IMG/VR virus record: IMGVR_UViG_3300029079_000040
Source: a virus
Taxonomy: Duplodnaviria > Heunggongvirae > Uroviricota > Caudoviricetes
Reading direction: 5' to 3' (one strand)
Length of the DNA: 14,279 nucleotides
Under the pieces are notes generated by a model. That model did not search any database. It was not told the DNA's origin and worked only from the letters and a program-made list of their open reading frames with translations. Below are positions 1-6,314 of this stretch, one piece after another. How positions within the stretch are numbered: position 1 is the stretch's first letter; every line of letters starts with the position of its first letter. The translations under genes and the position numbers were made by a program.

Positions 1-19
1 CCGGATACACACTGTTCAT

Positions 20-49
20 AGCCTGCGCCATACGCAGGCTATTTCTTTC
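20..49 (+). terminator. Hairpin AGCCTGCG-CCATA-CGCAGGCT followed by ATTTCTTTC; possible intrinsic terminator or 3-prime stabiliser at the convergence point with racC
   Basis: Perfect 8-bp inverted repeat at 20-27 / 33-40 with a 5-nt loop, then a T-rich run at 41-49 on the + strand. The minus-strand racC stop codon lies at 48-50. Confidence 0.3.
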
Positions 50-323
50 AGATTTCACCTTTTAATTTCATTGCAATCAGAGTTGCCAGAAATTCGGCTT
101 TTTTTTCTGCGGGCAGATTCTTTCCGGTATGCACCAGGCACATTTTTTTGACACCTTCGTGAAGTGTTTTAACGTTGCCTGATGGACCGTCGATATCAAC
201 CACAGTGAATGGGGTTTCTTTATTTTCTGTTTTAATCACGTAGCCAATACGCTTTCCTTCCAGATTAACTTCGTGAACAATGTCATCAGTAGTTACAACA
301 GTGGCTTCATAACTGGTAATCAT
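48..323 (-). CDS. racC: Rac-prophage RacC-like protein, 91 aa (start taken at the internal ATG preceded by AAGGAG, not at the longer track ORF start)
   Basis: Track ORF 48..371 contains MITSYEAT... preceded by AAGGAGAAAAAC-ATG. Length (91 aa) and position downstream of kilR/ydaE match what I recall for Rac racC. Name is from memory and synteny, unverified. Confidence 0.6.
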   Translation of the reverse strand: MITSYEATVVTTDDIVHEVNLEGKRIGYVIKTENKETPFTVVDIDGPSGNVKTLHEGVKKMCLVHTGKNLPAEKKAEFLATLIAMKLKGEI

Positions 324-397
324 GTTTTTCTCCTTAATTAAGGTTGAGCGAATCCCTGCCATTGCTGGCATAAATTCAGTTTCGCATAGTCAGTTAA

Positions 398-568
398 TTA
401 AAGTTCGTGTGCCATCTGGTCTTTTTCGGCACATATTTCACTACAATATTTTTTCATTTCCGTCGTTGGGATAACTCCACGCATGAAATGAAGTGGTCTT
501 TTAATGCTTTTGCTTTCTTTAACTTCTTTATCGCAAAGGTGGTAAGCACATTTTATTTTCTTAGTCAT
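398..568 (-). CDS. ydaE: Small Cys-rich (CxxxxC ... CxxxC) protein, 56 aa; YdaE-like putative zinc-binding protein
   Basis: Hand translation of the minus strand gives [56 protein letters not shown] with stop at 398-400. It is absent from the ORF track. The start ATG (568..566) overlaps the kilR stop (ATGA coupling). Size and position match Rac ydaE as I recall it. Confidence 0.55.
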   Translation of the reverse strand: MTKKIKCAYHLCDKEVKESKSIKRPLHFMRGVIPTTEMKKYCSEICAEKDQMAHEL

Positions 569-789
569 CACCATGACTCCGCCTTTACAGGTAAACCATC
601 ACGACCGAGGAAGACTTTAATCATGCAGTCAGTAATGCATTTTTTTGTGGTCAGGTTACGAATATAAAGCTTTCGCTTTTTAATATTGTTTGCCGAGGCA
701 ATATATGTCCGGCCGTTATGAAGAACATAATCACCAGGAGTCACACACTGACGAGGTATTTCATCAGTTCCGAAGTGATGAGCAATCAT
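568..789 (-). CDS. kilR: Kil protein of Rac type (FtsZ-targeting cell-division inhibitor), 73 aa
   Basis: Track ORF 568..807; preferred start is [15 protein letters not shown]... at ATG 789..787, preceded by GGAG. The 73-aa protein and its position next to sieB fit Rac KilR. Recognised from memory. Confidence 0.65.
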   Translation of the reverse strand: MIAHHFGTDEIPRQCVTPGDYVLHNGRTYIASANNIKKRKLYIRNLTTKKCITDCMIKVFLGRDGLPVKAESW

Positions 790-828
790 AATTATCTCCA
801 TTTTCACAAATGAACTTTGTTGATGCGG

Positions 829-875
829 TGCCTGGTGCCTCCAGGTGACGTTAACCAGTTAACAATTAACGCCGG
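829..875. promoter_or_regulatory. Cluster of short palindromes upstream of the kilR operon and sieB (CCTGG-TGCCT-CCAGG at 831-845; GTTAACCAGTTAAC at 850-863); possible operator/promoter elements
   Basis: Inverted repeats are read directly from the sequence. No convincing -35/-10 pair could be assigned by eye. Confidence 0.2.
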
Positions 876-1220
876 ATAATCCACCCATAACACTGATGCT
901 TTTAACTGTTCCGCGTGCGCTTAGCCGCATTCACCGCATCACAAAATTCACTTTAAAAAGGGCGGACATCAGCCGAACTTCAAGAAAAAAACTGATGCCG
1001 CCAGGACTACACACAGCAATGTCGTTATTTACAACCGGAGGCGCACTCCCACCATTTAAATTTAACAGACAAGACCGACTCTTTATGGATATCGGAAATG
1101 CGCCTTCGTGTTGTGCCCGGTTTTATTTCACCACCTCCGGGCTTCGGTGGTCTCGGCTATACCCCTACAGCGAGAGCTTGTGTTAACATTTCAATACCCT
1201 TACAGTTGAGAGTTATTGAT

Positions 1221-1709
1221 ATGTTGGATGTATTTACTCCATTGTTGAAACTTTTTGCTAACGAGCCACTCGAAAGACTTATGTATACGATTATCATTTT
1301 TGGTCTCACTCTCTGGCTGATACCGAAAGAGTTTGCTGTCGCATTCAATGCTTATACTGAAATACCCTGGCTCTTTCAGATTATCGTTTTTGCCTTTTCT
1401 TTCGTGGTCGCTATTTCCTTCTCAAGATTGCGAGCACATATTCAAAAGCATTATTCATTGCTACCAGAGCAACGAGTATTGCTTCGTTTATCTGAGAAAG
1501 AAATCGCTGTATTTAAAGATTTCCTTAAAACAGGAAATCTTATTATCACTTCTCCTTGCCGTAACCCGGTTATGAAAAAATTAGAACGGAAGGGCATCAT
1601 TCAACATCAGAGTGATAGCGCAAACTGTTCTTATTATCTCGTCACCGAAAAATACTCCCACTTTATGAAGTTATTCTGGAACAGCAGGAGCAGGCGTTTT
1701 AATCGTTAG
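1221..1709 (+). CDS. sieB: Superinfection exclusion protein B (SieB), 162 aa, N-terminal transmembrane helices
   Basis: Track ORF 1098..1709; start taken at MLDVFTPLLK... (ATG 1221). Two hydrophobic helices (IIIFGLTLWLI, LFQIIVFAFSFVVAISF) followed by a soluble domain. Length and placement between kilR and ydaF match Rac sieB. The stop overlaps the ydaF stop on the opposite strand. Confidence 0.7.
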   Translation: MLDVFTPLLKLFANEPLERLMYTIIIFGLTLWLIPKEFAVAFNAYTEIPWLFQIIVFAFSFVVAISFSRLRAHIQKHYSLLPEQRVLLRLSEKEIAVFKDFLKTGNLIITSPCRNPVMKKLERKGIIQHQSDSANCSYYLVTEKYSHFMKLFWNSRSRRFNR

Positions 1710-1861
1710 CTTACTGTGTGCTTCTCCAACCATCGTCGTGCGCCAGCTTCGGTTTTAAACGTTTTGCTTTTGGTATACGTCATGGCAGTGAACGTTCCAT
1801 CCTGGTTGGGGAACACGCCGCACACCAGGGATTCGTTATTGCCGAGGTCGATTTTTTGCAT
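1706..1861 (-). CDS. ydaF: YdaF-like small protein, 51 aa
   Basis: Hand translation of the minus strand: MQKIDLGNNESLVCGVFPNQDGTFTAMTYTKSKTFKTEAGARRWLEKHTVS, with GAGG 8 nt upstream of the ATG. Not in the ORF track (below its length cutoff). Size and position match Rac ydaF as recalled. Confidence 0.5.
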   Translation of the reverse strand: MQKIDLGNNESLVCGVFPNQDGTFTAMTYTKSKTFKTEAGARRWLEKHTVS

Positions 1862-1871
1862 TTTTCGCACC

Positions 1872-2006
1872 TCACATCTTGTTGTTGCGGATAGAGGCTT
1901 CTGCCTGCCAGAGATCCCAGTCGTTGCTGCGTAGAGCCTGTACAGCCTGGCTGTAAGTGATATCGCAACAATCCATCAAATACTGAACTACTTCGTAATG
2001 CACCAT
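1872..2006 (-). CDS. ydaG: YdaG-like small protein, 44 aa
   Basis: Hand translation of the minus strand: MVHYEVVQYLMDCCDITYSQAVQALRSNDWDLWQAEASIRNNKM, preceded by GGAGAG-ATAAG-ATG. Size and position match Rac ydaG as recalled. Confidence 0.5.
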   Translation of the reverse strand: MVHYEVVQYLMDCCDITYSQAVQALRSNDWDLWQAEASIRNNKM

Positions 2007-2115
2007 CTTATCTCTCCCCTTAACGCCGGGTGGGTGAATTTTAACTGGGAGAGCTGGCGTCCGAATGTCGTCCAGCCAGGAATTGCGAAGTAATTTTTAC
2101 CGGGAGAAAAATTTA
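2007..2115. promoter_or_regulatory. 109-bp divergent intergenic region between the ydaG start (minus) and the first plus-strand gene; expected site of divergent early promoters and operators, but no repressor gene is present
   Basis: Positional inference only; no operator repeats confidently identified. Confidence 0.3.
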
Positions 2116-2877
2116 ATGGAGACTGTTTTTGACGCACTGAAAGCAATGGGAAAAGCCACATCCATAGAACTTGCTGCGCGACTTGATATCAGTCGTGAAG
2201 AAGTGCTGAACGAACTATGGGAACTGAAAAAGGCTGGTTTTGTTGATAAAAGCGCGTACACCTGGCGTGTGGCTGATAACAACGTTCAGCAGGAACAGCC
2301 AGCGCAGGCAGAACTGCCGGAAGAAATCACCACAGCAACAGTAGCGAAAATCTCAGAGTGCGATTTAACCGCGACGATTGAACAACGAGGACCACAAACG
2401 GCTGATGAGCTGGCTACATTGTTTGGTACCACATCACGCAAAGTGGCTTCAACGCTGGCAATGGCAATCAGCAAAGGTCGTCTGATTCGCGTAAATCAGG
2501 GCGGTAAATTTCGTTACTGCATACCGGGCGATAATTTACCAGCAGAGCCGAAAGCAGCATCGGTAGCGGAAACTGATGGTAAGGCCTTTCCTCAGACCGC
2601 AGGTGTTGCGTTACCAGTACAGGAGGCTGCAACACAGGAAGATATTAAAACAGAAACTGTGGCGGACATTGTGCAGTCGCTGCCATCGTTTACTGAAACG
2701 CGAGCGGATGACCTGGTTTTACCATCACTGCATATGGCAAACCGCGAACTGCGTCGGGCGAAAAATCATGTCCAGAAGTGGGAGCGTGTCTGCGCCGCGC
2801 TGCGTGAGTTGAACAAGCACAGGGATATTGTACGACAGATTACTGATTCTTCCCGCCATGTTGCATCGGAAAAGTGA
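2116..2877 (+). CDS. Hypothetical protein, 253 aa, with two apparent winged-helix-like segments; possible DNA-binding regulator or initiator
   Basis: Track ORF 2065..2877; start preferred at [13 protein letters not shown]... (ATG 2116), which has GGGAG 9 nt upstream. The segments [30 protein letters not shown] and [32 protein letters not shown] look like winged-helix recognition units. Family not recognised. Confidence 0.55.
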
Positions 2878-2892
2878 TTGCCGGAGGCACCT

Positions 2893-3315
2893 ATGGCAAA
2901 AGTATTTACACCAGAAGAGCGAGAAAAAATTAAAGGACAGGTTGTTGAACTTGTACCTCTGAGCGGTCGCGAGACGTTACGGCAACTGGAAGCCAAGACA
3001 GGTGAGACAAGATATCTGATGAGTGTTCTCGCCAGTGAGCTGGTTGCCAGTGGCGATGTATACAACTCTGGTTACGGGTTATTCCCGTCTGAACAGGCGC
3101 GTAAAGACTGGCAAAACGCCCGCAAAAAACTATCGAGGGCAAAGGTGAAGAAACCTGCTGTAGTTGATCCGGACCTTATCTGGTCATTACCAGACGGAGA
3201 AATACGCCGCTATGACAGGCGTCTGAATATAATCTGTCGCGAGTGCCGGAAGAGCGAAGTCATGCAGCGTGTACTGGCGTTCTATCAGGGTAATTTTCAG
3301 GATGTGCTGTTGTGA
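2893..3315 (+). CDS. Hypothetical protein, 140 aa, basic C-terminal half with a CxxC pair
   Basis: Track ORF 2878..3315; start preferred at MAKVFTPEEREK (ATG 2893) with GGAGG upstream. Function not recognised. Confidence 0.5.
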   Translation: MAKVFTPEEREKIKGQVVELVPLSGRETLRQLEAKTGETRYLMSVLASELVASGDVYNSGYGLFPSEQARKDWQNARKKLSRAKVKKPAVVDPDLIWSLPDGEIRRYDRRLNIICRECRKSEVMQRVLAFYQGNFQDVLL

Positions 3316-3419
3316 GCCAAATTAACAATCAGGGAACTGCGTGAACTGAAAGAGAAATCATAATCCAAATCTGAATAATTAAATTTAGCACTGTAAATAA
3401 AATTTAATCCTTAACCGGA

Positions 3420-3428
3420 GGGGGGGGG
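3420..3428. repeat. Homopolymeric G9 tract in the leader of the 3478 gene
   Basis: Read directly: CCGGA-GGGGGGGGG-CTGCGCCCTC, about 50 nt upstream of the ATG at 3478. It is followed by a GCCC-GAAA-GGGC tetraloop hairpin that sits next to the Shine-Dalgarno sequence. Confidence 0.9.
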
Positions 3429-3477
3429 CTGCGCCCTCAAAATATTAGGAGGCGGCCCGAAAGGGCGGTAATGAAAA

Positions 3478-3981
3478 ATGACTGAATTAACCAAAAAGCA
3501 ATTAATCGAAGAAGCTAAATTAAAAATAGCGATTGAGAAATGCCACCCCAATTCAGGGATGGCACGGGTAGAGGGCGAATTATTCAAAATTGCTCTGGCA
3601 TCGCTGGAAGCAGAGCCAGTTGGTGATTTTTATGAATACAAACCGGATGACTGGTATCAGCGTTCGGCTGGAGATAAAGCGCCAAAATGGACGCCACCCT
3701 ATGCCGTTTTTCCAGCGCCCGTAGTGCCGGAAGAAATGGATTTGCTTACATGCCATCTCGATGGTGTAACTGAAACATATGCTGAGGGATGGAACGCTTG
3801 CCGCGCTGCCCTGCTTCAGGGCAAAGGGGAGCCCGGGAAACAAGTTCGCGAATTGACAATGCTGGTTAAACAATTGGTTAGTCAACTGAAGAAACCGAAA
3901 CCGGGCTGCAAATTGCCGGATAAAGTGATGGACTACCTGGAGCGAAGCGGACTTATAAGCGTGGAGGATGTTTTACGATGA
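3478..3981 (+). CDS. Hypothetical protein, 167 aa
   Basis: Track ORF; TAGGAGG 11 nt upstream. N-terminal predicted helical/coiled region (MTELTKKQLIEEAKLKIAIEK). Family not recognised with confidence. Confidence 0.55.
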   Translation: MTELTKKQLIEEAKLKIAIEKCHPNSGMARVEGELFKIALASLEAEPVGDFYEYKPDDWYQRSAGDKAPKWTPPYAVFPAPVVPEEMDLLTCHLDGVTETYAEGWNACRAALLQGKGEPGKQVRELTMLVKQLVSQLKKPKPGCKLPDKVMDYLERSGLISVEDVLR

Positions 3982-4061
3982 CCTGGCCTGAAGCATTCAC
4001 AACGGTAGGAATTGCGATGGCGGTGGCGCTGGTGGTGTATTCGATTTGCCGCTGGGGTTGA
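3978..4061 (+). CDS. Possible 27-aa single-pass membrane peptide, translationally coupled to the upstream gene
   Basis: ATG at 3978 overlaps the upstream TGA (ATGA). Translation MTWPEAFTTVGIAMAVALVVYSICRWG has a hydrophobic core. It ends just before a terminator-like hairpin. Too short for the ORF track. Confidence 0.3.
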   Translation: MTWPEAFTTVGIAMAVALVVYSICRWG

Positions 4062-4073
4062 TAATACTAAATA

Positions 4074-4097
4074 ACCAGCCCTTATGGGGCTGGCTAA
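4074..4097. terminator. Bidirectional terminator-like hairpin between convergent genes
   Basis: CCAGCCC-TTAT-GGGCTGG stem-loop at about 4075-4093, between the 27-aa ORF (+) and the KilA-N gene (-). A-/T-rich flanks on both sides. Confidence 0.4.
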
Positions 4098-4101
4098 TCA
4101 T

Positions 4102-4875
4102 TTAGAACTGTTCATTGCCATCGAGGTTAGGTAGCATAATTTTTTCAATCAAGGCGAGAGCCTTTTTGTCCCGGTCAGCGAAGTATTTCGGGGCATATTG
4201 CGGCAACCAAATATTGTTAAAATGTTCTTTGAAATCTGCTAAATATTCATTTGGGTACAGCCTTGCAGGGTATACGCGACCATCGGGATATTCATGGTCA
4301 TAGGTAGGGAATGTTTTGGGTTCTACGTTTCTATTATCTCTTAACCATTGTGAAAATACTCTTCCTTGTGAAATGTCAGGAACCATTTTTTCTGGGAGTG
4401 TGTACCCTGCTTGTTCAAGAGGTGCAACCAAGTTGAATGTCAGTTCATTAAGAATAGAAAAGTGCGTGTGAGGAATTCTACTACGATTAACCATGTACCG
4501 TTTTAAATGTACAGGCATTTCTGCTGTAGTTCTTTCCCCTGACATCCATTCACGAACCCATCTTGAAACCTGGACTGCAAATTTGGGCGATAGCCACTGC
4601 GCTAGATTAATAGCGATGTCAGGATGCACCCATGTCCCTTGGTTTTCAGGTCTTCCACCTTTAAATGATTGAATTAACTCCGATATGGGAATTCCCATAT
4701 CGCGTGATAATTCGTCAAAAAACTCTTGAGTAGTTTTGAGTCTAGTGTAATCAGAGAGCAGTTTGCCCGCAGTTCTACACATTGATGTGGCGTTTATGTA
4801 ACCATCTTTGGCACGTAAATGTATTATTTCGCCGTCAATTTCACGAGAAATCAAAGATAATTGAAAGGATGTCAT
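4102..4875 (-). CDS. KilA-N domain protein, 257 aa
   Basis: N-terminal region (GYINATSMCRTAGKLLSDYTRL ... GTWVHPDIAINLAQWLSPKFAVQVSRWV) matches the KilA-N/APSES-type DNA-binding domain signature as I know it. GAGGAA 8 nt upstream of the ATG. C-terminal domain unrecognised. Confidence 0.75.
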   Translation of the reverse strand: MTSFQLSLISREIDGEIIHLRAKDGYINATSMCRTAGKLLSDYTRLKTTQEFFDELSRDMGIPISELIQSFKGGRPENQGTWVHPDIAINLAQWLSPKFAVQVSRWVREWMSGERTTAEMPVHLKRYMVNRSRIPHTHFSILNELTFNLVAPLEQAGYTLPEKMVPDISQGRVFSQWLRDNRNVEPKTFPTYDHEYPDGRVYPARLYPNEYLADFKEHFNNIWLPQYAPKYFADRDKKALALIEKIMLPNLDGNEQF

Positions 4876-5341
4876 TGAAAATTCCTCAAGTTGGAGAGTT
4901 CTGGAACATTAAGGCGAGGTGGCAGTAATGCACCATCTGTAATCTTTTGATACTGACGTAATCGGGCCTGATGTGCAACGCCTTGCAAGTATGTAACTCA
5001 TTGAAAACGATCATTTTTATCTATTGACATCAAATGGCAAACTGTCATTGTGCGGCTATGGCAAGTGGCAAATGCTTATAAATCATATGGATATAAATAG
5101 TACAGAAAGAGTTGTTTTCTCTAGGATATGAGTATACGCCCAATGCTGATTGGTTGAATTTTGTTCTTGTTTTAAAGGGTAAGAGTTTAAAGTGTTGGCA
5201 GTGATGTATTGGATAGTTAGAATTGCTGTGGGTGCTTGAGGCTATCTGCCTCGGGCATGAACACCAAAGGTAGATAGAGAAAAGCCCCAGTTAACATTAC
5301 GCGTCCTGCAAGACGTTTAACATTAATCTGAGGCCATATCT

Positions 5342-5401
5342 ATGCGACACATAGAGATTAGCCTCTTACGGACCGAAAGGTCAAGGAGAAGCAGGCTATG
5401 A
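5342..5401 (+). CDS. Short leader ORF (19 codons) ending in ATGA overlap with the hok start; possible mok-like coupling frame
   Basis: ATG 5342 to TGA 5399-5401, overlapping hok ATG 5398-5400. By analogy to mok/hok translational coupling; weak. Confidence 0.25.
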   Translation: MRHIEISLLRTERSRRSRL

Positions 5402-5523
5402 AGCAGCAAAAGGCGATGTTAATCGCCCTGATCGTCATCTGTTTAACCGTCATAGTGACGGCACTGGTAACGAGGAAAGACCTCTGCGAGGTACGAATCC
5501 GAACTGGCAGACGGAGGCTCTGA
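5398..5523 (+). CDS. hokD: Hok/Gef-family type I toxin (HokD/RelF-like N-terminus), 41 aa as read; C-terminus diverges or is frameshifted
   Basis: Translation MKQQKAMLIALIVICLTVIVTALVTRKDLCEVRIRTG-RRRL. The first 37 residues match HokD/RelF as I remember it. AGGAG 9 nt upstream. Canonical Hok proteins continue ...QTEVAVFTAYEPEE; here the +1 frame reads QTEALIRRLLI. Confidence 0.65.
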   Translation: MKQQKAMLIALIVICLTVIVTALVTRKDLCEVRIRTGRRRL

Positions 5524-5605
5524 TTCGTAGACTACTAATCTGAGTAAAAGACCCAGCGGGGAAAGAACCACGCCGGGACTAGTTAATAAGATATTTATAG
5601 CGTGG

Positions 5606-5947
5606 CTATTCTTTTTTTGCGGTATAGACTTTTTCGCCTGAGAAGTCTGGAGCTACCCAAAAGTTAATATTAAACTGAGCATCATCGCTTAGTTCAACAC
5701 GGTGCCAGTATTGTGGTGGGCTTGTTGCAAAAGCGCCAGCATTAATGACTACTTTTATCTCCGGTTCAGTAGCATTCTCATCAGCAAAACCATAATATGT
5801 TACAGTACCTTCCATCACGCATAACTGTCCAAAAACACCTGCTGCTGTATTATGATGTGTTAATAACGCTGAAGGTACGTTCTCTTTTGTGAAGAACGGA
5901 GTTGAGCGTTTGATTACCCAGTCTTTAGGAATTCTCTTGTGTGTCAT
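5606..5947 (-). CDS. YeaR-like protein (DUF1971, tellurite-resistance-related family), 113 aa
   Basis: Track ORF 5606..5971; start preferred at MTHKRIPKDWVIKRSTPFF (ATG 5947) with GGGAGGTG 5 nt upstream. Aligns by eye with chromosomal YeaR (RSTPFW..., FNIDFFVAPE-like motif FNINFWVAPD). Confidence 0.7.
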   Translation of the reverse strand: MTHKRIPKDWVIKRSTPFFTKENVPSALLTHHNTAAGVFGQLCVMEGTVTYYGFADENATEPEIKVVINAGAFATSPPQYWHRVELSDDAQFNINFWVAPDFSGEKVYTAKKE

Positions 5948-5961
5948 AACCACCTCCCATA

Positions 5962-5986
5962 AAACATGCATTATAAATGCACCTTT
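5962..5986. promoter_or_regulatory. NsrR-box-like palindrome ATGCAT-TATAA-ATGCAC immediately upstream of the YeaR-like gene
   Basis: Sequence AAACATGCATTATAAATGCACCTTT compared with the NsrR consensus AAGATGCATTT-n-AAATGCATCTT (established for E. coli, including the chromosomal yeaR promoter). The match is judged by eye. Confidence 0.35.
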
Positions 5987-6314
5987 TTGAGGGTTATGTC
6001 AAGCTGTTATGAAACACATAATTGATATGTTGATTAGAGGAGAAGATAGAATCAATATGGTTGTTTTTCGTATAACTATTTGTTTTACTTTTAGTTTGTG
6101 CATTCTGTGTGTTAGGAATAACTTATTAAAGTTTAACTAAAAAATCTCGATATAGTCCGCATAGATTACTGTTACTGAATCTTATTGTGTGCATTAGTTG
6201 TGTTCTGAAATTTCAATTTAATTACTTATGATATATTTTTAACGATAAATGTTTTCCGGGTGAAAGACAGTGGGGGATGAGATAAGCAATATATCATTAA
6301 TCTTGATTATTTCC

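Noticed and set aside
1-47. Possible gene fragment at the window start (minus strand ATG at 19..17 reading MNSVYP..., or a plus-strand gene ending at TAG 19-21)
   Set aside because: Only about 6 codons are available, which is too little to support any call.
407-667. Track ORF, 86 aa, plus strand
   Set aside because: Lies antisense to ydaE and the start of kilR; low-complexity translation (FFGTYFTTIFFHF); no ribosome-binding site.
896-1186. Track ORF, 96 aa, plus strand, in the kilR-sieB intergenic region
   Set aside because: No Shine-Dalgarno sequence, Arg/Ser-rich unstructured translation, and it overlaps the likely sieB promoter/leader. More likely non-coding.
1098-1220. N-terminal 41-codon extension of the sieB track ORF (MRLRVVPGF...)
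   Set aside because: The extension is Pro/Gly-rich and lacks a ribosome-binding site; starting at ATG 1221 gives the expected 162-aa SieB.
1780-1971. Track ORFs 1716..1934 (+) and 1780..1971 (-)
   Set aside because: Same region is better explained by the two small minus-strand genes (ydaF, ydaG), which have ribosome-binding sites and sensible translations.
864-2027. 10-bp repeat TTAACGCCGG upstream of both the kilR and ydaG starts
   Set aside because: A 10-mer recurring once in 14 kb is expected by chance, and I could not align any flanking sequence.
2097-3142. Several antisense or out-of-frame track ORFs (2097..2282, 2286..2474, 2576..2812, 2766..3065, 2930..3142)
   Set aside because: All overlap the two longer plus-strand genes; Ser/Arg/Cys-rich low-complexity translations typical of antisense frames in GC-richer DNA.
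3580-3885. Track ORF, 101 aa, minus strand
   Set aside because: Fully antisense to the 167-aa gene; no ribosome-binding site.
5034-5072. Three TGGCAA motifs that looked like sigma-54 (-24/-12) promoter elements or iterons
   Set aside because: The GG/GC dinucleotide spacing required for a sigma-54 promoter is not satisfied, and the motif is too short to call an iteron without statistics.
5490-5505. GGTACGAATCC, resembling a tRNA T-loop (GGTTCGAATCC)
   Set aside because: Lies inside the hok coding sequence with no surrounding acceptor or anticodon stem structure. No tRNA genes could be supported anywhere in the window.
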